A stretch of 20,000 bases of DNA, from assembly GCA_009602725.1 (NCBI GenBank), contig WELB01000005.1, forward strand, positions 1,512,128 to 1,532,127. The letters run 5' to 3'. Below, piece after piece: positions 1 to 9,849 of the stretch. Position numbers and translations under genes: made by a program. This DNA comes from Spirogloea muscicola (Eukaryota). Position 1 is the stretch's first letter, and the number at the start of each line of letters is the position of its first letter. Below the pieces are notes generated by a model. It was not told the origin of the DNA. It worked only from the letters and a program-made list of their open reading frames with translations, and made no database searches.

Positions 1-590
1 ATTTTTGAGGATAGCCAGCGGGTGGTCCTCCCGGTGGTGCAGCTGCATGCCTATCTTGGAGAAGATGGTGTCCGAGACGTTGTTGGCAGGATCCTCCTCC
101 CGCACGACCTCTGTATGCAAAGGGAAAAGCCTTTCACTAAGCCAAGCGACCAACAAGCAATCCGCTTTCAAGCGACCGTTTGACGAGCAACTGACCTGAG
201 CTAATGTGCTACTCCAAGCTGAGCACCAAGTGCCGCCTCAGCCAATGTGGCCGGCAGTGGCCTGTGAGCTCGAATGTAGTCAGCGGCTTGTGCTAGTTGG
301 AGGATCTCACCGTCTCGGGATAGTGTCACTGCGGCAGGGGCGGCCGTGGCTGCCGAGGCGTGCGCGGCCTGCTGCACGAAGCTCCGCCTCGGCGCTGTCC
401 GGAGGAATCGAGCTCCGGCCGCATGGGGCAGAGAACTGTTAAGGCGCCGAAGTGTAGGTTGCAGTGACAGCGCGGGCCTCCCGGCGGCCGCGGCGGCGGC
501 GGCGGCGGCGCCAGCGCCAAGGATGCGGTCGCGACGCCAGTTCCGGGGGCCGGCTCCGGCCAGCAGCTCTCGCGCCCGGCAGGCCGCCAT
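1..590 (-). CDS. FARS2: Phenylalanine-tRNA ligase, chloroplast/mitochondrial type, 5' part (continues off the left edge)
   Basis: Exon 1 590-311 (ATG; Ala/Arg-rich transit-peptide-like sequence ending ...AAVTLSRD; donor G|GTGAG), intron 310-111 ending ...TACAG, exon 2 110-1. The spliced product ...TLSRDEVVREEDPANNVSDTIFSKIGMQLHHREDHPLAILKN closely resembles the N-terminus of plant organellar PheRS (recalled motif DDPTNNVPDSIFSKLGMQLHRRDxHPIGILKN). Confidence 0.92.
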
Positions 591-608
591 CGCGAGCGCG
601 ACGCCAAA

Positions 609-674
609 ATCACTCAGTAATCCCTGCTAAGCAGCCGCAAATCAGAGAGGCTAGGGTCCTGGAAGTGGGTCCCC
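609..674 (-). mobile_element. Fragment of a CRE-like non-LTR retrotransposon ORF end (copy A, runs into the gap)
   Basis: Translates GTHFQDPSLSDLRLLSRDY*. About 4 mismatches over ~64 bp versus 1140-1203. No 3' UTR follows the stop. Confidence 0.65.
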
Positions 675-832
675 NNNNNNNNNNNNNNNNNNNNNNNNNN
701 NNNNNNNNNNNNNNNNNNNNNNNNNNNNNNNNNNNNNNNNNNNNNNNNNNNNNNNNNNNNNNNNNNNNNNNNNNNNNNNNNNNNNNNNNNNNNNNNNNNN
801 NNNNNNNNNNNNNNNNNNNNNNNNNNNNNNNN

Positions 833-1004
833 ATCACTCAATAAGTACGAGTGAGGAGCCTCAGATCCGACAGACTAGCTGCCGGGAAGCTATCACCCTG
901 ACGAAAGCCAGAGCCCGCAGCGAGAGCACGGCCAGCTCGCAGATGCAGAGCGTGGGCCATGGACCGCTGCAGGGATACAGAGAGGCGCATCCGATATACC
1001 TGAG
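833..1004 (-). mobile_element. 5'-truncated CRE-like (RLE) non-LTR retrotransposon fragment (copy B)
   Basis: Translates AQVYRMRLSVSLQRSMAHALHLRAGRALAAGSGFRQGDSFPAASLSDLRLLTRTY*. RLSVSLQR resembles the C-terminal 'RLSVALQR' motif of CRE-clade elements. Appears identical to 7459-7631. Confidence 0.7.
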
Positions 1005-1365
1005 CGAAGAAGAAGGGCTCGCCCATTGAGGATAGGGGCTGGAAAAGCCAGCCCGAATTAGAATGAACAAAGTACGAGAAGGGGGCCATGGGAAGCGCTA
1101 AGGAAAACAAGCACACAAAGAAACAAAGCAGCTACGAAGCACTCAGTAACCCCTGCTAAGCAGCCGCAAGTCAGAGATGCTAGGCTCCTGGAAGTGGGTC
1201 CCCTGGCCAGAGCCAGAGGCAGCAGCGAGGGCTCGGCCGGCACGAAGGTGCAGCGCACGGGCCATAGACCTCTGCAGCGAGACGGCCAGGCGCATACGGT
1301 ACACTTGCGCCAGGGACCCGGCTGCAGGAAAGTCGACTGGCTCCCCATGGAAGCGACGGGCGATG
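1005..1365 (-). mobile_element. 5'-truncated CRE-like non-LTR retrotransposon with 3' UTR and (TTC)n tail (copy C, different subfamily)
   Basis: Translates IARRFHGEPVDFPAAGSLAQVYRMRLAVSLQRSMARALHLRAGRALAAASGSGQGTHFQEPSISDLRLLSRGY*, then a ~135-nt 3' UTR with hairpin GGGCTG-GCTTTTC-CAGCCC (1036-1054) ending in CTTCTTCTTC, which abuts copy B. The 5' boundary is approximate. Confidence 0.7.
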
Positions 1366-1802
1366 GTGTGGCGCTGAAGGCCGGCCTAGGCGCACTGGAT
1401 GGTGGGAGACGGGTGCTCGTGATACACCCTCGAAGCCTCCGGCCAAGAGAGGGCCTTGCCAGCAGCTGAGCTCCGTCTCTCAAGCCATCGGCCGCTTGCT
1501 GCTCATGCTGACCGCCTTGCTCACTCTGACAAACTTCTGCCGACAATGGCGGCCTTAAGAGCTGCTGCTTCTCCGCCTCTCGGGTTACTCCTTGATGGTC
1601 AGCCGACGGCTTTGACCTAGCAGAGGCTGCCATTTCGACAGGTGTCCTCATCTCTGAGGTGCTTACATGCTGGCAACGCTTTCAGTCGCCGCCCGCGATG
1701 CCTACGCTGAGATTCACCCGCATTGTGCAGAGTTGCGAACTTCATTTCACTCTTAGCACCTGAACCCTGTGCTGAAGCTTTTTCAGCGCAGGGTTCCAAG
1801 TA

Positions 1803-1844
1803 TCTCCACCACACATATTTGTGTCTCCACCACAAATATTTGTG
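1803..1844. repeat. 21-bp tandem duplication
   Basis: TCTCCACCACACATATTTGTG followed by TCTCCACCACAAATATTTGTG (1 mismatch). Confidence 0.9.
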
Positions 1845-2448
1845 ATCAATGTGTCATTGTCTCCAGCCAACCCACCAGCCACAGCAACACGACAGGTCTA
1901 CAAGTAACTCACTACTCCTGCCTACCACAGCTTCATGTCTCTTAGACTTGACCATAATCCAAAACTCTGTGCTCGGCAAAAGATCATAGCGTGGGCTTGC
2001 AGCAAAGTTAGCCTTAGCACACTGCTCTAGCAGTCAATTTGGACTGTACGTTGCGAGAAGCACCACTGCAGGGTCCACCATCCCACAAGAGCACCAAGAC
2101 AGTTTGTCTACAATTGATGGCAATGGGCCTGCAATACCCAGAGAATAGGAATTGGACAGCGGCCCTTGGCAGTAGATAGGAGAGCAAGGATTGAATTGCA
2201 AAGGATCAGCCGAAAAAGAGCTGATTTGGTGCTCTTGTCAGCTCTGTTGCCATGGTGGCGGCCAATAGCCACTGCCACCTTGAAGCGTTTCGAAGCGGCT
2301 GATTTCAGTAAGTGTGCACCAGCAAATGGCGGACCATCAAATCCGTCCAATAAAAATGGGCACATGCCTATGCCGTGTGGGCCTAATCTACCAAACTCTC
2401 TCTTGCAGACTATGACACAAGATGCCATGCATGTTGAGGGAACAGCCA

Positions 2449-5400
2449 TCAGTCATAGAATTCCAGCTTAAGTCTAGCTGGTTCTTCTTTGAGCAGCTGT
2501 AAAAGCTCCCTTTGCTGGCCAGCCTCAAGATACTGCACCAGCCACCGCAGCACACTCACTTGATCGGGTGCTCCGACATTGGCACTGCATAAAAAGCAGC
2601 GGAGTTTTGGACAGAGTCAGACTAATAAAAGTATTTCACCACTAACAAGCCACTCTAAGGAAAGTGAATGCAGTATACTGCAACTTACAATGCTCCTCAT
2701 ATTTTGCAGGTCGGATTGCAGATGGTAAAGACACAGGTAAACATGCCAGCTCATGTGAGCAAGCGCATATCTCTAGGTGTACATTGCTCAGGGACAGACG
2801 ATTGTTACCAGTCAAAAAACCTCGAGACAGCTACTGTCTTGGTCCTTGGTGTGATCAGGATGCCCCCATTCTCAAAGTACAATGTTGCCGCTAATCGCAG
2901 CTGCTCATCCACGCTTTCGGCCTTGAATGGCTTTGTTGAGAGGCTTGACTTGACCCCCGAGAACAGTGCGCAGTGAATGAGCGGATCTTCATCAACAAGA
3001 ATGAGCTGTCACACCCAGGTCACCATCTGTTATTATTCTAGTAGAAGCTACAGTGAAGACACATCAAAGTACACTAAGTGACAGCAGTACACGGTCATTT
3101 ATGCTGCTGTATATGAACTGCATAGATGCAAAGCAGAGCGAGGAGGACAGATGTGCAACTAGTCAAAGCTGCTCCAACATTGCTGAGCTGCTTTGATTAG
3201 GACTTACCTCCACCCGTGGGTCCTTGGAACCAAATGGTTTGTTGCTTCCATAGGGGGAGCATTTATTGCCCAAAAGGAGTCCATACTCAAGGTCATTGAG
3301 ACTATATGCAGAACCCCCAATGATGTAACAGTACTGTGTTTCAAATGCCTCCAGCTCTGCAGCTGTCTCTGGAAACCTTCCCAGTAAAGCTGTGGCGTGT
3401 ATAGCAAGTACGTTATATATGTTGACGAGGAATGCCATTTTCTCATTTCTTGACAGAGACTCTAGTGGTAGTCGTTGTAGCTCCTCTGTACTTCGCACGA
3501 ATCTGTTTCACCCCTAAGAAACAGCTCAGAGGCAGGTGCTCACAAGTATAGCTTCAAGAAACATTACAGGACCCACACCTTTCAGCAATTCATGGAAACC
3601 TTCTGTCTTTCAAGTAGCTTACCACAAAGCGTACTAGTGACGATTTCCAGACAGCCTGCACTTACCGTCGAAAAGCTTCACTGGCTGCCATGGTATGGTA
3701 GTTCACCCTTCGTCCCCCTTTTGAGTGCTCGTCATAGATTGCCAAGATAAGGCGCCGCAGCCCACACCCCAGCTGTTCTGCAGTTCGACACTGTAGTGGG
3801 CTGATCAAGCCATTGAAGTTGATGCACTGTTTTCCAGCTGGTAAATTGTGCTCTAGAAAGCGATAAAGTGAGTTGCCATCCTTCAGACCGTGCTCCCTGC
3901 ACCAAACAATGTTGTCCCAGCAGAGTCAACATTTCAAATCTTGCACCACAACCTCTCACTGACCATTTTCCTTCTACCCGATGTCGTCCTCATGCCCAAA
4001 GAAACGTCAAGCCGGATACATGTTGCATGCATCTGAAGCAGATTCTGGCACGCAAGCATGTGGAACAGTGGCACACATGCCTCCATGATGCTTGCTTTGC
4101 AGACTAGAAGTACGATTCCTTATCCAAACCTAACAGAGTCTATCTCTTGTCCAAGTTCAACAAGTTCTCAAGCTACGCTCACCGTTGCACATGGTGAAAG
4201 AAGTGCCGAGATATCATGTCATTCCCCATTGCAACAGCCTGCAAAATAAATTGGTCCACCAAAATCTCAGCTTTATTTGAAAAGCCAGAGTCTGCGTAGC
4301 CTAACTGTACAGGATGTAATACACAGCCAAAATACACGTACCTATTTCACCAGACACACGTGATGCGTGCTCAAGCTCAGGGGTGTCAGCTATACCTGAG
4401 CTCTACTACATTGTTGTGAAGTAGATAACCATTCCACACAGTCAGAGCCAAGAAAGCAATTTCTGTAAAGACGGAACTTGTGCCATCTGTCCTTGATCTT
4501 GACCACGTGCCTTAGCTCCCTGGCAAGCTCTGCAAACTCGTCCTGTCTCCCAGAATCCAGGCTGGCTGTCCGTGGCAAGGGGATGGCGGGAGCCGTCGGC
4601 GGCACTGGTGTATTGAAGACTGCGCTGATTTTGGCATCCAGCTCATTCCTGGCCTTCAAGGATTGTATGGCATCATAACCTCCGATCAAGTCATCATTGA
4701 AGAAAACCTGCACCCGGCAACAACAGATCAGCAACAGAGCAGGCGATCAGCAACAGAGCAGGCGAGGTGCCTGTGCTAGCATCTGTACCAGTGATCCTGG
4801 ATGACCAAATTGGCCTGCATGACAATCACCAATGTTGACCAAAGCAGGACGTGCCACCGTCCTTCTCTTGTAGTAGAGGAGTGGTCTTCACCTGTGGTAG
4901 GCTCATCTTCCCATACCGCCTTTGGAGCTCAACTATACTCTCAGGATGATGATCCACATTGACCTCAATCACTGTGGCACCCTTCTTCTTCAAAATGGAA
5001 TAAATGGCTCGGCCCTGAGGGCAGTCGGTGGTGGAAAAGAGAGTTATCCGCCCCTGCACAGAAGCCCAACCTTGAAAACCTCTTCAGCAAGAGCTGATGA
5101 CAGCAATGTTGATACCTCGGACATGTTACCTTGCACAACATTACCTCTGCATTCTGCACAATATCAAGGTACTCTGTCCAACGAATCATCACCTTCATCA
5201 GCGCGCTGGCAGGTCCAAAGGAGTCTTCTCTTTTGAATGACTTTGCCATAGACCATCCCCTACTTGAGCCTCTGTCGCTTGACTGGGAGTGCGTGCTGTT
5301 GTAGGACTCTCCGCTCTTGCTGTTGCTTTGCGGCCCTGTGTCCACACTGCGACCAGGAGAGGTCTTGTCCTTGGGCGGAGACGTCGCTCCAACCGGCTCG

Positions 5401-5705
5401 CCCCGCTCGCTGGCCATGTTGACAGCCCCTGTTGCAGAACCAACCTGGCCAGTGGCGCTCTCCTTCTTCTTCGCGGATCTGCCAATCTTCTTCAGGGAGT
5501 CCATGCGGACGAATGCTACGGAGGGAGCCATGGGGTCCTCTTCGATGGCCAAGGAGATGACCTTCGCCTTCTGCGACTCATCCGTGGGTGGCGGCGGCGG
5601 CGGCAACAGCCCCTGCTGATGCTCCGGCGCGGTGGCGAGGGCCGAGGCTATGCCATCGGCGGCGGGGGACTCCGTTGGCTCCGGTACGGCCATGGCCGCG
5701 TGCAT
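2449..5705 (-). CDS. Class IV glutaredoxin: glutaredoxin-DEP-DUF547 multidomain protein (8 exons)
   Basis: Phase-consistent GT-AG exons: 5705 (or 5693)-5193, 5053-4892 (GRITLFSTTDCPQG...SLPQ), 4707-4396 (VFFNDDLIGG...KDRWHKFRLYRNCFLGSDCVEWL, DEP), 4238-4183 (AVAMGNDMISRHFFHHVQ), 3896-3666 (DGNSLYRFLEH), 3502-3208 (EKMAFLVNIYNVLAIHA...YSLNDLEYGLLLGN, DUF547), 3005-2809 (DPLIHCAL), 2584-2449 (...KLEFYD*). Start codon, the exon 1 donor and the last acceptor are less certain. Confidence 0.92.
4726..4763. repeat. 19-bp perfect tandem duplication in an intron
   Basis: GATCAGCAACAGAGCAGGC x2. Confidence 0.9.
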
Positions 5706-6214
5706 GGGGCGGGCCGGCAGCGGTCGAGGCCGGGGGCCCCGCCGGCCGTCAGAACGGTGGCGCTCTCCGTCTCCGCAGACCTGCCAATCTCAGAGCGCCG
5801 GAGCCTGCGCTGCGGCTCATGCCGGGAGGACAGCCGGAGCGGCGGCGGCGGCGGCGGGGGAGAGTGGCAGAGCCCCCGGCCGCGCCCCGCGGCGCGGCGC
5901 TGGAGGCGGCGGCGGGTCTGCGNNNNNNNNNNNNNNNNNNNNNNNNNNNNNNNNNNNNNNNNNNNNNNNNNNNNNNNNNNNNNNNNNNNNNNNNNNNNNN
6001 NNNNNNNNNNNNNNNNNNNNNNNNNNNNNNNNNNNNNNNNNNNNNNNNNNNNNNNNNNNNNNNNNNNNNNNNNGGCGCGGCCATGTGAGCGGCGCGGCCG
6101 CGGGGCCCCCGGCGGCGCGACGCGTGGCGAGGGCGCGACGTGGCCGCCCGGCAATCATGCGGCCGGATCCCGGGCATGCGCGCGCGTGCTGGGGGCCTAG
6201 GGGCGGCAGCGGCT

Positions 6215-6306
6215 ACACGTGGCACCCTCCACGCCGTCCGATCACTAGCGGCCCCCGCCGATCCGGGCCCCGCTAGTGATCGGACGGCGTGAGGGGTGCC
6301 ACGTGT
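6215..6306. repeat. 37-bp inverted repeat with 18-nt spacer, G-box/ABRE-like motif at each end
   Basis: The arm ACACGTGGCACCCTCCACGCCGTCCGATCACTAGCGG (6215-6251) matches the reverse complement of 6270-6306 with 2 mismatches. Confidence 0.9.
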
Positions 6307-6608
6307 GGGGCCTCGCTTTCCCGAAGCGTCGGGGCACCCGCAAAAGCAGGCCTAGCGACGCCGCCCACCGGCCGCGGTCCTGCGGGTGGGGCCCGCCCGG
6401 CGCGTCTGGGGGGGGGGGCCATTTGGGCCCCGGCGCCGTTACGCTGACGCGCGGCGGACGGCGTGTTCCGTGCCGCTGCCGGTAAGGGCCCCCCGCGGCA
6501 GGGCGCCCGCCCCGCGCCCCCGCCCAAGAGCCGCTGACACACGCTACGATGCCTGCCCTGACACGGGCTGGACAGTGGGTAAGGGCCCCCCCTCGCCGAG
6601 AAAACCCC

Positions 6609-8481
6609 ACTTGGCCACTTGGCCGCTCGTTTGTTTCAAGCACACGAAGCTTTCGATTGAAACTCGACTGCGGAGGGGAAGTGAAGCTCTTCGTTTTCCC
6701 CCCCTGGGCTGGCCAATCACAGGTACTCCCTTCCACTAGAAGAGTCTTTCATCCTCTCACAGCCGCAGATCGGAAGAGTTTCATTCTTTCTTCCAAAGGG
6801 GGGCGAGGGCTGTGACAAGCTCAGCCAGAAAAGGGTGACACGGTCCGCGAAAAATAGGGGAAGAAACAAGGACTATTCCAGTAGCGTCGTTCTTCTTTAA
6901 TCTCATGCGCACCGCGCGCCTTCTCTCTTCCAGTAGTTGGAGGTGGCTGTGATTGGCCAACCTAGAGTAGAGTGGACGTTTTAGAAAAGGCCAGGTCCAA
7001 ATTAGAATGGACGTGGCCCCTCGGTCATGCAGAGTGACCACCAACTCCTGTGGCTGTGAATGAAGCAGCCCTTCCACAGGGGAGCAGAATACGAGGAACT
7101 CGAAGAAGCAGCAATTCAATGTATTCAAGTTTGAAAATGATGATCTCAAATACCCACTACGCCCTACCACCAAAACTTGAATACAATAATTTGCTGCTTC
7201 TCAACTTTGGAAATATAATATCAACACCCCCTACACCCTACCACCAAAAGTTAAGAGTTCAAGCTTGACCTTGAACACTTAACCACCGGAGGGTTCTCCC
7301 TGTCCTGCTCAATATTAGAAGAAGTGGCACTCCCAATGGGGGCAAGGGCTGCGAAAAGCCAGCCCAAAAAGAATTCACAAAGGTTCAGAGGGGCCTAAGA
7401 GCGGTGAGCAGCTACAAAGGGGCCTGAGGATGCAATGGTAAAAACAAGGGGAGGATGGATCACTCAATAAGTACGAGTGAGGAGCCTCAGATCCGACAGA
7501 CTAGCTGCCGGGAAGCTATCACCCTGACGAAAGCCAGAGCCCGCAGCGAGAGCACGGCCAGCTCGCAGATGCAGAGCGTGGGCCATGGACCGCTGCAGGG
7601 ATACAGAGAGGCGCATCCGATATACCTGAGCCCACATATACCTGAGCTCAATATTGTGTGACGGACCAGGTTTAATACCAAAACATACAAACGGATTGGT
7701 GTGTATGTAAAGGTCAATGACAGTTATGGGAACCAGGCGGCGTTACACCCTGCGAGCCCGTGGTTACTGAGCGGGTCAATCTGCTGCTCTATTTAGGTCT
7801 TCAGATGTGCTTGCCTTCAGTACTTGGCCTTTTGGCCTTCGTTTGTTTCAGATACACGAAATTTCTCTTGCGAGGTTACCCCGTCTGCTGTGGACCACTT
7901 CTGGCATATCATAGTCTTCCGTTCGTGCAGAACCGGGGTTTCGCTGGTCGGGTCCCTTCAGGTAGCGCTGTCTGAGCGGGTCAATCTGCTGTAGGTGATG
8001 TCCGTCTTTACATGTGCTTGCCTTTGTACTTGGCCATTTGGGCCTTTGTTTGTTTCAATGACACCAAAATCCCCATTCAGGTGTGAAGCACTGAGGACGT
8101 CGGCGCGTGGCGGCGCGGCCACTGCCGAAAGGACACCTTACCGCGACCATTCTTCTGGCTCTCGCAGCCACTAGTCAATTTGGAAGCGCTGTGTCCTTAC
8201 CGCGCCTTGAAGGCAGCCTTGGCTGATTATCGTGCATAGCGTCTGGCATGCGCGCACGGCATTGGCAGCACGAGAAAGCAGCTTACCTCTTCCAGTAAAA
8301 GGGCGATAGCTGTGATTGGCCAGCCCAGGAAAATAATAACAAAGGGGACGAGGGGCTGGCAAAATGAGCATAGCTAGTCCAATGGGAAAGCCTGTCCACA
8401 AAGAATGAACAAAACGAGCGAACAAGGTCCCAAAAACACATGCTCTGTCAATAAAATTTAATGGCTGTGAGATGCCAGCCC
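6609..8481. repeat. Cluster of diverged retrotransposon 3'-end relics (shared stem-loop and 3' UTR motifs)
   Basis: GGCTG-(8-9 nt)-CAGCC-like stem-loops (some imperfect) at 6706, 6807, 6945, 7052, 7346, 8309 and 8463. The motif ACTTGGCC..TTGG...GTTTGTTTCA occurs at ~6610, ~7822 and ~8028. A direct repeat starting CTGAGCGGGTCAATCTGCTG occurs at 7767 and 7972. Confidence 0.55.
7317..7645 (-). mobile_element. 5'-truncated CRE-like non-LTR retrotransposon insertion with 10-bp target-site duplication (copy D)
   Basis: Same ORF end as copy B. The 3' UTR carries hairpin GGGCTG-GCTTTTCG-CAGCCC and a CTTCTTCT tail. Flanked by GCTCAATATT at 7307-7316 and 7646-7655. Confidence 0.8.
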
Positions 8482-9107
8482 AAAGAAACCATTAAGAAGC
8501 CGGAAGGAGCCGGGAAAATCGTAGAGACCACTAAGTGTTCTTTAGAGTCACTGCCTTATATTGGAAGAGCTGTTTAACTTAGGGTTGCTTGCTCTGTGAC
8601 CCTAGTCAGCAGCCGAATGTTGGAGAAAGTAGCAGCAGGGAAGGAGTCGCCCCGCCTCGAGCTGGAGGCGGCAAAGGTCCGGCGAGCTAGCCGTTGGAGC
8701 GTTACCAAGTGTCGGCAAAGGAGGGTGCGTGCAGTATGGCGTAGGGGGCGCTTTCAAGGCAATGGCGAGGAATGTAAACCGTGACAGCAGCGAGTGCTCG
8801 AGGTCTGTCCCTGAGCCTGCCTCAAGCAATGAGCAGGACATCATTCCTCGCAGCGATGGGACCAGTAGACAGGCTCAAGGTCGTTGACAAGCATGGACCT
8901 TCCAGAAAATAACAGTCAAATCTACATGGCCGAGGTAGAAACCGAGATGACGGAATTCTGCCTGCCTGCTAGCTTACTCCAAAGTTGTGCCGATGCCCTT
9001 TGGAGCATCTATTGATAATATGCATGGTACAAGGGGGCTCAGAGCATCTCAGAGTTCGGCTAAAGGCTTTCGATTGCACATTTGCTCACCAATCGCATTC
9101 GAACGTG

Positions 9108-9593
9108 CTAATAATGCATACCGTCGAGGACAAAGAAATGAGGTTGAGTCACCAGGACCTTCCATGCCCCTACAACATCGAGGTGCTTTGGGCGAAATGA
9201 GAAGCTCAAGGTGAGGTGAACGTCTCTCATTGTGCAAAGCTGAAGGCCCACCAGGATTCTCTTAGGGTGGGCGGCATATAAAGAAATGGTCGAAGTCCGC
9301 ACTGCGCTACCGGCTAAAGATGCGTCTCCACTACACTGCTCATGCAAGAGATACCAAGGAAAGGTGGACCCTCCGAAATTGAGGCTGGGAGTTTGGTACA
9401 TAAGTTGACGGAAAGTGATTGAGCTGATTGCCGTGGACATCACAGGGTTAGTTTTGAAGATAGGCCAAGCCATAAGTACATTTTCCTGGCTAATCTACCT
9501 CATGTTTTGCATAGGCGAAGCGGGCTTTTTCCTAAAGCGAATGCGACGCAGGTGTTTCTGTACGTCCTTCAGGACAAATATGTCAGTATCCAT
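9108..9593 (-). pseudogene. Interrupted ORF of unknown function (possible mobile-element gene relic)
   Basis: ORFs 9495-9809 and 9108-9473 are in the same frame, separated by one TAG: MDTDIFVLK...QNMR*ISQENVLMAWPIFK...PHFFVLDGMHY*. A TATAAAG lies on the - strand at ~9784. Confidence 0.25.
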
Positions 9594-9849
9594 TCGCACA
9601 ATGTGTAACGAATGCTGTGGATCGCCAAGCCCGGGCTGCCGGCGGCGCAAGGAAAAGCGGGAGGCATTGGGATGGGGCCGCAACGGTAAAACTGAGCAAC
9701 GGTTACTGCAGGGGCAAGGGTCCAGGGGTCCGAGGTTGGGTGAAGAACTCACCCCCTCTCCCATCTCGGGTGCCCCCTTTATAGCCCGACGGACTGCGAG
9801 CCCGGCCATACGGGCCCGGGTGGGATGTTCGGCACCCAGTCTCTCGTTG

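Noticed and set aside
196..310. Apparent frameshift or stop in the PheRS first ORF (...LGVAH*)
   Set aside because: Resolved by the G|GTGAG donor at 311/310; the segment is intronic.
4391..4403. TATACCTGAGCTC identical to the retroelement 5' junction at 7637-7649
   Set aside because: It is the CAG|GTATA splice donor of a GRX exon; a 13-bp match is probably chance.
5289..6815. Many overlapping GC-rich ORFs
   Set aside because: Explained by stop-codon scarcity in high-GC DNA, the N gap and antisense overlap with GRX exon 1.
6609..8481. CRISPR-like or ribozyme interpretation of the repeated hairpins
   Set aside because: Spacing is irregular, orientations are mixed, the context is eukaryotic, and no hammerhead (CUGAUGA/GAAA) or complete HDV topology could be fitted by eye.
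8579..8586. TTAGGG telomere-like motif
   Set aside because: Single unit, no array.
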